This document shows, one piece after another, positions 9,307 through 19,549 of a DNA stretch of 64,000 bases. Within the stretch, counting starts at the first letter, position 1, and every line of letters starts with the position of its first letter. The notes beneath the pieces are model-generated. The model saw only the letters and a list, made by a program, of their open reading frames with translations, did no database searches and was not told the DNA's origin. The DNA is from an uncultured virus (IMG/VR IMGVR_UViG_3300020055_000013) (taxonomy: Duplodnaviria; Heunggongvirae; Uroviricota; Caudoviricetes), in the IMG/VR virus record IMGVR_UViG_3300020055_000013; one strand, given 5' to 3'. Made by a program: the position numbers and the translations under genes.

Positions 9307-9759
9307 ATGCAAAAACATATTGGAATCATGTTTCCACCCGTACCACTTCAAGAGCAGTACATAAATGCCTTAGAAATAACCAAAAAGGTTATAACACTTC
9401 ATAAAGAAGTAAGCGTTTCATGGTTTGGTAGCGATCTAATAGCAGATCCAGAAAGCGCCGGATTTGGGATATTCTCATTCACGGAAGTGCCTTTTTTTTC
9501 TGGTATCATGATGTGCCTAGATACGCAATGTTTACCAGTAGCACTAAGAAATCAAACACAGCAGGTTTGCATATTAAAAACAGATTTAAAATTGAACGCC
9601 ATAGAGTTACTTAGTAAGAAAAACGAAAATGTAAAATATCTTCACTATTATGCAAAAGATAATAATTACTTTAAGGTGAAGACTGGCAAAGAATCTGAAG
9701 AGATTTTTGAATACTTTAACAGGGAATTTTCAGAGGTGGCTCAAAATGATAGCAACTAA
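9307..9759 (+). CDS. Hypothetical protein
   Basis: GAGG RBS, 150 aa, coupled to next gene. Confidence 0.6.
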   Translation: MQKHIGIMFPPVPLQEQYINALEITKKVITLHKEVSVSWFGSDLIADPESAGFGIFSFTEVPFFSGIMMCLDTQCLPVALRNQTQQVCILKTDLKLNAIELLSKKNENVKYLHYYAKDNNYFKVKTGKESEEIFEYFNREFSEVAQNDSN

Positions 9760-10522
9760 AGAACAAAAAATTATAGAGATGTATGTAAATAACAATATGA
9801 GTACATACGAAATAGCCAAAGAAGTGGGAACATATCCAAACAAGATAAGGAGAGTTCTAATAAAAAACAAGGTTGAAATTAAGGGAAAGAGCGAAGCTCA
9901 AAAAAATGCTATCAAAAAAGGTGTAGCAAAAATACCAACTAAAGGCAAGCCAAGAAGCAATGAGGAAAAAATAAAAATCAGTAGCTCACTAAAGCGTTAC
10001 TGGAAGGAAATGCCTGAAGAAAAATATGAAGATTATGTGTCAAGAGCAAAAAAAAGATGGCTGGAAATTTCAGAAGAAGACAAAAGAAATATGCAAAGAC
10101 TGGCTATTAAAGCAATACAGAAAGCTGGAAAAGAAGGATCTAAATTAGAAAAATTTTTGTATGAAGAATTTGTTGCTGCTGGATTTAAGGTTAAAGTACA
10201 CCAAAAGCACATAATACCAAATGAAAATTTAGAAGTTGATATGTATTTTCCAGAAGAAAAATGCATTATAGAAATAGATGGACCTTCACATTTTCTTCCC
10301 ATATGGGGAGAAGAAAAGCTAATGAAACAGATGAAAGCAGATTCCAACAAGACTGGGTTGATTTTGAGCAGAGGATTTGCTATAATAAGGGTGAAGCACA
10401 TGTCTGATTCGCTGCCACTTTCTGACAAGGAAGAATTAAAAAATAAACTCGTTGATATAGTGAGTCAGATTAAGAACAAGTTTCCACCAAAATCTCGTAG
10501 ATATATTGAATTAGAAATATAG
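9746..10522 (+). CDS. HTH + NUMOD3-like + Vsr/DUF559-type endonuclease (homing endonuclease-like)
   Basis: N-terminal HTH STYEIAKEVGTYPNKIRRVL; KGKPRSNEEKIKIS NUMOD3-like; SKLE, EVDMY, IIEIDGPSH, D..K...L.SRGFAIIR. Likely start ATG 9746 after GAGG. Confidence 0.75.
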   Translation: MIATKEQKIIEMYVNNNMSTYEIAKEVGTYPNKIRRVLIKNKVEIKGKSEAQKNAIKKGVAKIPTKGKPRSNEEKIKISSSLKRYWKEMPEEKYEDYVSRAKKRWLEISEEDKRNMQRLAIKAIQKAGKEGSKLEKFLYEEFVAAGFKVKVHQKHIIPNENLEVDMYFPEEKCIIEIDGPSHFLPIWGEEKLMKQMKADSNKTGLILSRGFAIIRVKHMSDSLPLSDKEELKNKLVDIVSQIKNKFPPKSRRYIELEI

Positions 10523-10530
10523 GAGCTATT

Positions 10531-11283
10531 ATGAATGAAGATAATTTGTTTGATGAAATTGAAGAATTGAATACACCATCTAATACAGATACATCTGTTA
10601 AAAATGTAATTCTGGATGAAGCTCCAGATATGCTATCCCCAGAGTGGCACGATTACGCCATGAGCCTATTTAATGAAGATGAGCTAATGAATGGCCACCC
10701 TTTAGTAACGGGCCTTAGAAGGGTCTCTGAGCTTGTTTTGGGGCAAATTATGTACAGTGGCCCAACGCAAGTATTTCCAGTGACTAGAGATGATCACCAC
10801 GGAAGAGCGACTGTGGTATTTACCGTTAGATTTGCTAATGGATCTGAGTATTCTGAGGTTGCTGACGCTTGGGAAGGCAATACAGATGATATGTTCTGTG
10901 CCTACGCCGTAGCAATTGCCAGTACTAGAGCAGAGGCTAGGGCGTTACGTAAAGCCCTAAAGATTAAGGGTGTAGCAGCAGAAGAATTGACCAAGAAAGA
11001 CACGGCAAAGATTGTTCGTGACATTTCGAAGCAGACCGCTAGCACTAGCGGAGACTATGACGATGGAGGACGAATGAGCGATGCACAGTATAACTTTATC
11101 GACGTAAAGTGCAAGCAACTAAACATCGATGGGGAAGCATTATTCAAAGTTTTTAAAGTAGACAAAAACCGCAAGGTTTCAAAGAAGGTCGCAAGCGATA
11201 TCATTGATCGTCTTAATGAATATCAACGTGACAAGGGTTCAATCCCAAAAGGTGTTATTGGCTATAACGAAGAGTGGAGATAA
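10531..11283 (+). CDS. Putative ssDNA-annealing/recombination protein (Rad52/ERF-like)
   Basis: GLRRV, ATVVFTVRF, ADA, AIASTRAEARALRKAL..VAAEE pattern seen in phage SSAP-like proteins; replication context. Confidence 0.5.
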   Translation: MNEDNLFDEIEELNTPSNTDTSVKNVILDEAPDMLSPEWHDYAMSLFNEDELMNGHPLVTGLRRVSELVLGQIMYSGPTQVFPVTRDDHHGRATVVFTVRFANGSEYSEVADAWEGNTDDMFCAYAVAIASTRAEARALRKALKIKGVAAEELTKKDTAKIVRDISKQTASTSGDYDDGGRMSDAQYNFIDVKCKQLNIDGEALFKVFKVDKNRKVSKKVASDIIDRLNEYQRDKGSIPKGVIGYNEEWR

Positions 11284-11286
11284 TAA

Positions 11287-11619
11287 ATGAGACTATCTTA
11301 TACAACTAAAAATAATAGACTACAAGTAGAAATAGAAGGCGAGTCGCAGAGAGACTTATTCAATGAGCTTAATAAGTTTCAGGAAGTTTTTGAGAATGAC
11401 GTTTGCGGCAAGTGTCAGGGCGAAGACATTCAATATGTTGTACGCACCGTTGATGACAATCAGTACTACGAACTCAAGTGCAAGTCTTGCGGAGCGAAGC
11501 TAGCCTTTGGATCGCACAAGAAGGGCGGTGGATTGTTTCCAAAGCGAAAAGACGGTGACACTTGGCTTCCAGACGGCGGCTGGATGAAGTGGAACTCCAA
11601 GACAAAGCAGATGGAATAA
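11287..11619 (+). CDS. Zinc-ribbon hypothetical protein
   Basis: CGKC and CKSC pairs. Confidence 0.65.
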   Translation: MRLSYTTKNNRLQVEIEGESQRDLFNELNKFQEVFENDVCGKCQGEDIQYVVRTVDDNQYYELKCKSCGAKLAFGSHKKGGGLFPKRKDGDTWLPDGGWMKWNSKTKQME

Positions 11620-11670
11620 GAGATATGAACACTAACGCCAGACAAAATCAGGCGTAGCACATCATATGGA

Positions 11671-11700
11671 AAAGGGGGGCAGAAATGCCCTTCTTTTTTT
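11671..11700. terminator. Bidirectional rho-independent terminator
   Basis: AAAGGGGGGCA-GAAA-TGCCCTTCTTT hairpin flanked by A and T runs, between convergent transcription units. Confidence 0.85.
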
Positions 11701-12466
11701 ACAGATAGTCAACAGTAAAGTAAAGACCGTATTCTCTTTTCTGGCCAATTTCTGTTGGCGAAGAACTAAGAGCAACATACCAGTCATGTTGCACAAAAGC
11801 GCCTGTTGAACCTTTGTTATAATCGTCGGGGGACTCACCCTGATTAATCAAGAAAGTTCTAAATGGGCCAGCAGCGGTATCTGAAACGGTTGTGTTCCAT
11901 CCATTTGGGCCGGGGGAATTAGTTAATGACATTGGTTCTGGGCTGCCAGCGTCATCTTCAAACATAGTCCAAGTATTGGCTGTGCTGGCTCTATGGTTTA
12001 AATTGGTCATGGTTATTCCACCAGAGCTAGACTGCTGATCGGCCAAAGGGTGTCTACACTCATAAACATAAGTGATGACATTGACAGCATGATTTTGGAT
12101 ATTAGCTCTATCATAAATAATAATTTTGGGCTGAGACGCTATTACTGCTGTTTCATGGTTAAATCTAATATTAAGAGTGGATTTATAGTTTGGAAGCCTA
12201 TTGAGAGCAACTGGGGTAGACTGGTCGATACTGACCGTTCCGGGAGTGACATTATCTCCCTCAGTTATAAAAGCGTTATTATTTAATTGTGGACCCTCAT
12301 CAGCCCCATCTTGATCAGTAACCCAAGTGGTATCTTGAACTGATCCAACCGGAACTGGAAAACCCCAGCCGTCACCAAAAAAACCAATGCCACTACCAGC
12401 ATTGTGGTCTAATAAAGCCTGCTGATCATTATCTAATCCGTTTCCATAAAATGTGATCGTAGCCAT
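11699..12466 (-). CDS. Hypothetical virion-associated protein (last gene of structural module)
   Basis: 255 aa beta-rich ORF with GGAGA RBS, own candidate promoter and terminator. Confidence 0.6.
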   Translation of the reverse strand: MATITFYGNGLDNDQQALLDHNAGSGIGFFGDGWGFPVPVGSVQDTTWVTDQDGADEGPQLNNNAFITEGDNVTPGTVSIDQSTPVALNRLPNYKSTLNIRFNHETAVIASQPKIIIYDRANIQNHAVNVITYVYECRHPLADQQSSSGGITMTNLNHRASTANTWTMFEDDAGSPEPMSLTNSPGPNGWNTTVSDTAAGPFRTFLINQGESPDDYNKGSTGAFVQHDWYVALSSSPTEIGQKREYGLYFTVDYL

Positions 12467-12498
12467 TGATAGTCTCCGTATGGTTTGGGGTATGTAAT

Positions 12499-12513
12499 AT
12501 TATACACTAAATT
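12499..12513 (-). promoter_or_regulatory. Candidate late promoter AATTTAGTGTATAAT
   Basis: 14 nt identical to 49294-49307; intergenic, upstream of RBS. Confidence 0.6.
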
Positions 12514-15500
12514 AACTAAAACTAGCCGTTATGTGTGAGTGAAATTGATCTCCAGTAGTGGAGTGTGGGTCATTATGCAACACGATGCCAACGTCATTGT
12601 GACAATGTGTAAATATCTCGTACAATCCAGCGTATGGTGATTCATAGTTTGATTCGATTGGTACTTGCGTATTCATGTCTCCCTCAACTCTTTTTTGACC
12701 ATGAGTGCTTGGTAGGCTTACTCTTTTCATTGAGCTTTGTGGTTTGGGGCCATAATTCCAGTAAGTTTTACCCCAAACCTCTCCTTGGTTCCATGTTATA
12801 GTAGCATCATCACCGCCACCTTTAGGCGAAATTGTGGCAGTAAAGGGAAAATCTTCCGGCATAAAAGAATCTCCACGCATAATTGTGTAAATACCATCGC
12901 TTCCTTCAATCTCTTCTGATGCGTAATGAACAATATCAATTCCACCTGAGCTTACGCTTGCGATTTTAATTTTTAGCCCTTTGCCTAAATCATATATTTC
13001 GTCTACATTAAATCCGCTCCCGGGGGCTTCAATACTAGCAAGATAGCTAACCCCTATAACACTGCGTCTATGCTCATATCCATACAGGGTAACTAGTTGC
13101 CCTCTACAGAAAGTAGCAACATTCCAGTAGTTTTTAGCCTTAAGTTTTGTTGAAGATGTAATTGATGTGTCTCTGGTAACGGAACCTCCATGCAATAAAG
13201 CTCCATTTGCATCTATACTTGGGGCGTATGTTGGCTGCCTATAATCAACAATGTTATCAACTATATCATATTCTACATCTTTTTCTTCATATTCTTTGGT
13301 TACAGGGTTGTATAAATTAGCCTTATAAGTTTCTTTTGATGCTGCGGAACCAAAAGATCCGGGATTAAAATGCAAAGGTGTGAAATATTGTGGAAGCCAC
13401 AAAGTATCCTCCCTTGGCCAGCCATCCCAAACCTGAACGTGTAAAGCAGCAGTTCCAAAGTCTTGTATCATATCGTCGCCAGCGCCCCAAACCCTTGTAA
13501 CTCCGGTTATAATTTTTGGTGTACTATAGTCTGCAATCGACATGCTTAGGCCAAAGCCAACAGCGCTATTTTGAATTAAAAATGAATTATTAAAACCACC
13601 GCCATAAAATCTACCTTGCGTTCCAAAAGCTTGAGTTGTTGCAACGTTGAGGTTCCAACCGCCGCCACTTTTTCTAACAAGACGCCTTCCAGAAGTGACA
13701 CCAACGGCATTAGCGCCTTGAAAAGCAGTACCATCTTGTTTGCCAACATCTCCACCAAACATTGTATAAGCCCCGAGAGGTGGAGAAAGCGACGGTAAAG
13801 TAACATAGTTATCATAAGGAACACCAAAATAATCACGGTTCGCTAACTGAGGATCGGACCATAAGTGTTGATTGGCCGTGTTAATGGGAGTGCTGTTGCT
13901 GTAATCCCTGTAAAGAGAAACATATGATCCATATTCTGTCAGTTCCGCGCACCTTGCTCTAAATTTTCTTACGTTTTTTTCTTGCCCATCTGTAAGGTCG
14001 TTTGTGTCCAAAACATTAGCGTTAGTGTCCTTATGCCCCAAAAGCTCTGCGCTCAACAAAGAAAATTGAACAGTGTTAGGCTGATTTGGCTCAAAGCCAG
14101 AACCAATAGGTTCAAAAATATTATTCCCCCTAAGATTTGATAGTGCTTTCTGAGCGTCTTCTGTTCCGTCTAGCGCGTTTACCTTGGCTCTCACTTTATT
14201 CATATTTTCTATTCTACTTTCATTTCCATTGATACCAATCTCTGCTGGCCACCCAAGACCTTGGCCAACAAATCCATCTGGAAAACATGGCCCCCAAAAT
14301 AAAGTAATGGGATTATCACCAAGTACAGTTGGAATGTTAATATATTGAGGCATACCATCTTTGACGCTGATCCTGCTAGAATAAGCATTCTTGGTATATG
14401 AAGTCCCATCAATCTTACCACCATAAGTATCTAACATCATGTCATGAATAGTGGTTTGGTGGCAATATTTAAATCCCCCGTTCGCGCCATTATAAAACTT
14501 ATTGTATATAAGATCTGCGGCTTCCGCTGGCAATAAGAGCTTGTTGTTCGAACTATTTCTAAGATAATTATCAGAGCTTGCCATGAATTTAGCAAATTCC
14601 CACTGACCCTCAAACTTCGGAGGTCTTTCTGCAACAACCTGATCCCTAGACAATTTAATTAAAATATTCTCTCCGTCAATCTCAGCAACCATAGCTATCT
14701 CGCCCTTATTGAAAAGTTCTAAGCTACGGTTTACAACTCTTATTTTTTCAATTTTCTTCTCGTCATTATAATCTATAAAATTAGGGCCAAATGCATAAGG
14801 GTTATTCTTTTGAACTGCAAGAGGCATTGCTAACCCAGTTGTGAAAGCTGATATGGCGTTTAAATCTCCACCATAGAATTCTTCAGGAGCAATGTCAAGT
14901 TCGGATGGGGATAGTGAAGGTGATATTATTTCAGGAGCATCTATATCTTCAAGTAGACAACATAAATAAACACAAGAAGATTCAAATTTATGTAAATTAT
15001 GATTGTATTTTAATTTTAGGGGGGCTGCAACGTGATATCTGTGGTCAGCTTCTGTGAATAATCTGCCAACGTAAACGCCGGTATCACCGGTAGATGAATA
15101 TTTAGCGCCGCTACTTCTCCTTGGAACTCCAGAGAAAATAGTGGTAGTACGAAGAGAAGTCTGCCTGTCAACATCACCATCTATAATCTTAGTAAAATAA
15201 CAATAAACTATTGAGCCATTACGTCCGGTAGCATAAAGTCGATTATTTTTGCTGCAATTAATATTGTGTATAGTTTGTTCTTTGGTATTGGATCTTAAAT
15301 TTTCCAGTCTATCTTTGGGGTCGGTATCATCAGCGTAATTTATTAATTCACGGAGAGTCTCCAAACCAACAGTTGTACTTGAAAAAGTTCCATCCTCTTT
15401 GGGCTTGTCGTAAGAAAATGAAGATATGTCGTTATTACTAAGAAATTGATAAATATCTACCATTTGAGAATCAATAGACATACCGGCTCTTTGTATATAT

Positions 15501-15640
15501 GTTACTGCGGTGGAGTCGTTTTTTATTTCTTCAAAGTCTTTAGCAGACATAATTGACATGCCACAGCCTACCAATTTGGACATATAAAAATAATGATTAC
15601 CGCCCTCATTGCTTATTGCGTTTCCTGAAAATACACTCAT
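12512..15640 (-). CDS. Large hypothetical structural protein (tail tip/baseplate region)
   Basis: 1042 aa, downstream of tape measure/baseplate-like genes. Confidence 0.55.
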   Translation of the reverse strand: MSVFSGNAISNEGGNHYFYMSKLVGCGMSIMSAKDFEEIKNDSTAVTYIQRAGMSIDSQMVDIYQFLSNNDISSFSYDKPKEDGTFSSTTVGLETLRELINYADDTDPKDRLENLRSNTKEQTIHNINCSKNNRLYATGRNGSIVYCYFTKIIDGDVDRQTSLRTTTIFSGVPRRSSGAKYSSTGDTGVYVGRLFTEADHRYHVAAPLKLKYNHNLHKFESSCVYLCCLLEDIDAPEIISPSLSPSELDIAPEEFYGGDLNAISAFTTGLAMPLAVQKNNPYAFGPNFIDYNDEKKIEKIRVVNRSLELFNKGEIAMVAEIDGENILIKLSRDQVVAERPPKFEGQWEFAKFMASSDNYLRNSSNNKLLLPAEAADLIYNKFYNGANGGFKYCHQTTIHDMMLDTYGGKIDGTSYTKNAYSSRISVKDGMPQYINIPTVLGDNPITLFWGPCFPDGFVGQGLGWPAEIGINGNESRIENMNKVRAKVNALDGTEDAQKALSNLRGNNIFEPIGSGFEPNQPNTVQFSLLSAELLGHKDTNANVLDTNDLTDGQEKNVRKFRARCAELTEYGSYVSLYRDYSNSTPINTANQHLWSDPQLANRDYFGVPYDNYVTLPSLSPPLGAYTMFGGDVGKQDGTAFQGANAVGVTSGRRLVRKSGGGWNLNVATTQAFGTQGRFYGGGFNNSFLIQNSAVGFGLSMSIADYSTPKIITGVTRVWGAGDDMIQDFGTAALHVQVWDGWPREDTLWLPQYFTPLHFNPGSFGSAASKETYKANLYNPVTKEYEEKDVEYDIVDNIVDYRQPTYAPSIDANGALLHGGSVTRDTSITSSTKLKAKNYWNVATFCRGQLVTLYGYEHRRSVIGVSYLASIEAPGSGFNVDEIYDLGKGLKIKIASVSSGGIDIVHYASEEIEGSDGIYTIMRGDSFMPEDFPFTATISPKGGGDDATITWNQGEVWGKTYWNYGPKPQSSMKRVSLPSTHGQKRVEGDMNTQVPIESNYESPYAGLYEIFTHCHNDVGIVLHNDPHSTTGDQFHSHITASFS

Positions 15641-15661
15641 GTTTATATTCCTTAATTTTCC

Positions 15662-18600
15662 TTAGTCATATTTAGATATATCTGGATCATGATCCATTGA
15701 ATCAAGATATCGAACAAATGAAGATTGATTCTCCACCGTTGGAATTAGATCATGATAATGAGATGAGGATGGAGAATAAAATTCTGAAATATCTGAACTT
15801 GCAGTATTAATGTATTTAGCCAAATAGCCAACTGGATTTGTAGCAACATAAGAACTCACTTCTCCCAAATCTCTAGACGAAATAACAGACCCATAAGTTT
15901 CATGATAATCAGAAGAATTATTGCTCCCAAACAAATCAGGAGAAGAACTACTAGCGCTTGTGACATTATTATTAGATCCATTCAATCCTGTTGTAATTTG
16001 ATTTGTAGAAGAAGCGCTACCTCTTAGTAGTTGACTTGTTGCACTTTGACCAGCAGCAATAATTGAAGAAACTTGCTGTGCTAAACTATTAATGTTTTGG
16101 GAAGATGCGCTTGCAGAAAAAACATTTTTCCTGATAAGAGAATTGATCATGGTAGACATTTTTTGTTGTTCAGCGCCAAGTTTTTTGATTTTAGCCGATC
16201 TTTGTTGGTATAGTTTGCCAAAAGATGGCGAGGTAGACTCAAAATTGGCTGTAGTTTCAAATCTATTATTATGAAAGCTACATGTTAAGCTTGTCAATGC
16301 GGCTCCTTCATTATCAGCAACAGCGCCACCAACACCTAAGCCAGACGGCCACCCAACAAACGTAACAGAGCCTCTCTCAAGACTCGTATCAACTATTCCA
16401 ATTGATGCAGCTTCTGCTTTTCCGTATTTATCCATAGCCTCATATCCCCCGAAGTTCCAAGGAGCTATTGAGTCATTTTTAACATATTCAACTTTTGATA
16501 TATTTTTTGAAGTATAATCATCATCGACAGTCTTGGCGTAAGGTCCGTAACAATTTCGACTTGAAGTTAAAGGAACGGCAGCTATATAAGGCCGTATAGG
16601 TGCTGGAGCAAAAGATACCAACCTATTGTTAATACTAAAAGTTAGCGAGTCAAAGGATTTTTTAATAATTGTGTCTCTCAGCAAAGCATAGTCTGGATTA
16701 GTACTCCCAATAGTAACTTCTCCTTCATACTCTGTATTAATTTTTGTGATTGAATTATTGTTGCCCAGTCCCGGCATACCCGTTACAACATCTTCTCTGA
16801 GATATCGCAATATATTATGTTCATTGATCGTTCTACTTTGACCGGAGGCAAAAGAGGCGTCTTCTGATTGTACCACTCTACTTGGCAAAGTAAGTAATAC
16901 AAAAACCCTACCTCCATCACTAACATTTTTGAGATCTATTGTTTGAACATTCGCGGTAGTTTGTCTCAACCGTGATGGTAGAAACTCTCTTTGCCAAACA
17001 ATACTGGATTTTTGCTTGTCTCCAGTTTTTGGATTAATTAAAGTTTTTGTTTCTGTTTTATGGTTAACCTCTTCTCCTCGTTTAGAATAACATCCAGTAT
17101 TTGCGTTGGTAAGTGACGGAGAAAATACAAAAAATGGAGAAATATCACATTGTGCCATTGTTTCCTTTATGCCGGTTTGTGGGTTTACAAATTGAAAACA
17201 ATTAGCATTACCAGTCAAACTAGTATCCGGTGAGTTAAAAACAAGAAAAGGCTTGACTCTGCCATTTTCTGTGAATGCGGAGGCAACGTCGTCTTTAAAA
17301 ACTTTAATAGTATCAGTAGTGCCGGTCTGACTGTTATACATCCTAGGATAATTGAAGCCACCCATAGGTTCCGGGCGGTAAGTAAACTCCCATGAATTTG
17401 ACATGCCATTATATCCGTAATCCAAAGCGCCTGCTAGTCTTCCCGCCCTACTACCAACTGGATTAAGTAAAGCTTTATTTGGTATTCCACCAGCGGCATT
17501 CCCGGCAATTCCATCCCTTCGGGGAAACCCCCAAGCATGGTCTTGCTTATAGTTACCATTAACGACCTGATGTATTTGCACAAGATAGGTTTTTCCTAAA
17601 TGATTGTCTGCTATAGACTTAAGGAAGTCATAAACTATTTTCGCATTTTTTACTCCAGCTTTTCCGACTGCCGCAGAAACGCCATATGAGACAGCGTTTT
17701 TTACGTTTTGCAGAGTTTTTTTCTTCCTTTTTGCTGGATCTCTAGTTACACCTCCTCCGCTAGATCTTCTAGCGCTTCCAAGATTTGGCCCAATAGACGA
17801 CTGGGCGTTAATGCCTAATAAATCTGCCCTGTGGTAATATAGAGGATATCCATAGGGAGGGTGACAACTTTCAAAGTCTGGCTGTGTAGGATCAACTTGC
17901 GGCCACACACATTGAGGAACTGTAACGGCATAGCTATTAGATATTAATCGACCATCATCACCGATATTAGTTGCGGCATTAGCTGTATCTATAATGTCGC
18001 CAGACTCCACAGAAGTTATAAACTCATCATTATAGCTCTGTAAAAATTCAGACCAAACTTCAAAAGAAACAGAAGCAGCTCTTAGTTCCAACTCAGTAGC
18101 AACATAATAATCACCGACACCAGCAGCGTTCAAGCCTGTAGTATTTAATATGATTTGAGAATAAGGGCCATAACCTCTAGGTATTGTAGCCACGAAAGAG
18201 TTTTGAAAAAGAAATCCATAGAAGGGTATAATTTGCTGGTTCAGAGACCTGTGCATATCATGCATTCCATGTGCTGACCAAGCCTCGCCAGTCAATTGAT
18301 GAAATGCATAGATATTAGACTCTTGAGCGCCAGCAACCATTTTTCCTGTAGTTTGATTAGAAAGTTCTGTTCCGTATTCTTCATTGGAAATAGCAAAAAC
18401 ATTGGAGAGGTCAGTCATGTACTTGCTTAAATGCTTTGAAGTGTCACCCGGAGTATAATTTTTGTTAATATAACCAATAGTAATAGTTCCACCAAAAGTA
18501 TCATTTGGTTTTAGTCCACCATCTGGTTCTATTAATCCTACTGTCAAATCAGAAAAATCGGCGTCACCAATTTCAATCAACAAATCCAGTAAAGATATTT

Positions 18601-19549
18601 GATCATATTGAAGTATGTATGAAAAATCAGTTTTTGGACTGTATGGAACATTACTTAAGTCTATGTCGTAATAATAACCCCTAAAGGCGATTGTGCTTCG
18701 ATACACATTATGTTCTTGAATTCTACCGAAAGTAACTATATAAGTAGAATTATTACCGTCTACTTGATTAACATCGGTATTAAACATGCCGTATAAGCAT
18801 TGTATAACTCTACGTGATAAAATTCCAACATCAGTCCTGTGAGATTTTCCAGTTCCTGTAGAAACATATGTTTTACCCCCAAAACGATATGTTTCTTTAT
18901 CTTTTGCAAGCGCCCTATGAGTAGTATTTGATATATTATGTTCAAGCATTCCATAAACATTTAGGATATTATACAGTGACGACCCTTCTCCGTAATTGTT
19001 TAAAATAATTTGCACATTACCCAATATTTCTCTAGGGTCTACAATATTAACATTGTAAGTTGTTCCACCTGTTGGATTGGTATTCGTTTTTGTATTTTGA
19101 CATATTCCATTAAAAGTGAAATCCATAGCTGGATAATTTTCATTGGAAATTTTAAAAAATAAAGGCTGTCCAACAGAAGGCTCAATGTATACATCTGGTT
19201 TTCTTCCACCGTAGGTACTAGTATCTTGTACAAGCATAACGCTTAAAGAAGATGGCTCGTCGCCAAAACCAGCGGTAGCACTAAAATTAACAACGCTCGC
19301 GCCACAAAAATATTGCCTTTCTATATCTAGTGGATCTGGAGTAGTGGTAGTAGTGGTAGTAGCAGTAGTGCTAGTGGTGGTAGTACTAGTAGTACTAGTA
19401 GTACTAGTAGTACTAGTGGTAGTACTAGTAGTACTTGTAGTACTAGTGGTTGTACTCGTAGTGCCAGTGGTAACAGTTGTAGTTGTAAAACTAGGATTCC
19501 AAGGAATAATTATTACTTCTGGAGCAGTGGTGGTAGTAATGGTACTCAT
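15662..19549 (-). CDS. Putative baseplate hub/tail-tip protein with N-terminal Thr/Ser mucin-like tract
   Basis: N-terminal ~70 aa mostly Thr/Ser; then hub-like beta pattern FCGASVVNFSATAGF...LSVMLVQD...FTFNGI...YNVNIVDPREIL; synteny. Confidence 0.55.
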   Translation of the reverse strand: MSTITTTTAPEVIIIPWNPSFTTTTVTTGTTSTTTSTTSTTSTTTSTTSTTSTTSTTTTSTTATTTTTTTPDPLDIERQYFCGASVVNFSATAGFGDEPSSLSVMLVQDTSTYGGRKPDVYIEPSVGQPLFFKISNENYPAMDFTFNGICQNTKTNTNPTGGTTYNVNIVDPREILGNVQIILNNYGEGSSLYNILNVYGMLEHNISNTTHRALAKDKETYRFGGKTYVSTGTGKSHRTDVGILSRRVIQCLYGMFNTDVNQVDGNNSTYIVTFGRIQEHNVYRSTIAFRGYYYDIDLSNVPYSPKTDFSYILQYDQISLLDLLIEIGDADFSDLTVGLIEPDGGLKPNDTFGGTITIGYINKNYTPGDTSKHLSKYMTDLSNVFAISNEEYGTELSNQTTGKMVAGAQESNIYAFHQLTGEAWSAHGMHDMHRSLNQQIIPFYGFLFQNSFVATIPRGYGPYSQIILNTTGLNAAGVGDYYVATELELRAASVSFEVWSEFLQSYNDEFITSVESGDIIDTANAATNIGDDGRLISNSYAVTVPQCVWPQVDPTQPDFESCHPPYGYPLYYHRADLLGINAQSSIGPNLGSARRSSGGGVTRDPAKRKKKTLQNVKNAVSYGVSAAVGKAGVKNAKIVYDFLKSIADNHLGKTYLVQIHQVVNGNYKQDHAWGFPRRDGIAGNAAGGIPNKALLNPVGSRAGRLAGALDYGYNGMSNSWEFTYRPEPMGGFNYPRMYNSQTGTTDTIKVFKDDVASAFTENGRVKPFLVFNSPDTSLTGNANCFQFVNPQTGIKETMAQCDISPFFVFSPSLTNANTGCYSKRGEEVNHKTETKTLINPKTGDKQKSSIVWQREFLPSRLRQTTANVQTIDLKNVSDGGRVFVLLTLPSRVVQSEDASFASGQSRTINEHNILRYLREDVVTGMPGLGNNNSITKINTEYEGEVTIGSTNPDYALLRDTIIKKSFDSLTFSINNRLVSFAPAPIRPYIAAVPLTSSRNCYGPYAKTVDDDYTSKNISKVEYVKNDSIAPWNFGGYEAMDKYGKAEAASIGIVDTSLERGSVTFVGWPSGLGVGGAVADNEGAALTSLTCSFHNNRFETTANFESTSPSFGKLYQQRSAKIKKLGAEQQKMSTMINSLIRKNVFSASASSQNINSLAQQVSSIIAAGQSATSQLLRGSASSTNQITTGLNGSNNNVTSASSSSPDLFGSNNSSDYHETYGSVISSRDLGEVSSYVATNPVGYLAKYINTASSDISEFYSPSSSHYHDLIPTVENQSSFVRYLDSMDHDPDISKYD
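19339..19487. repeat. Low-complexity tandem repeat (GTAGTACTA/GTAGTG units) encoding a Thr/Ser tract
   Basis: Visible 3/9-nt periodic repeats; encodes TTSTTSTT on the minus strand. Confidence 0.9.

Noticed and set aside
11620..11698. tRNA/ncRNA in the convergent gap (or elsewhere)
   Set aside because: Only a terminator and a small hairpin are visible; no cloverleaf or T-loop signature; other gaps are too short.
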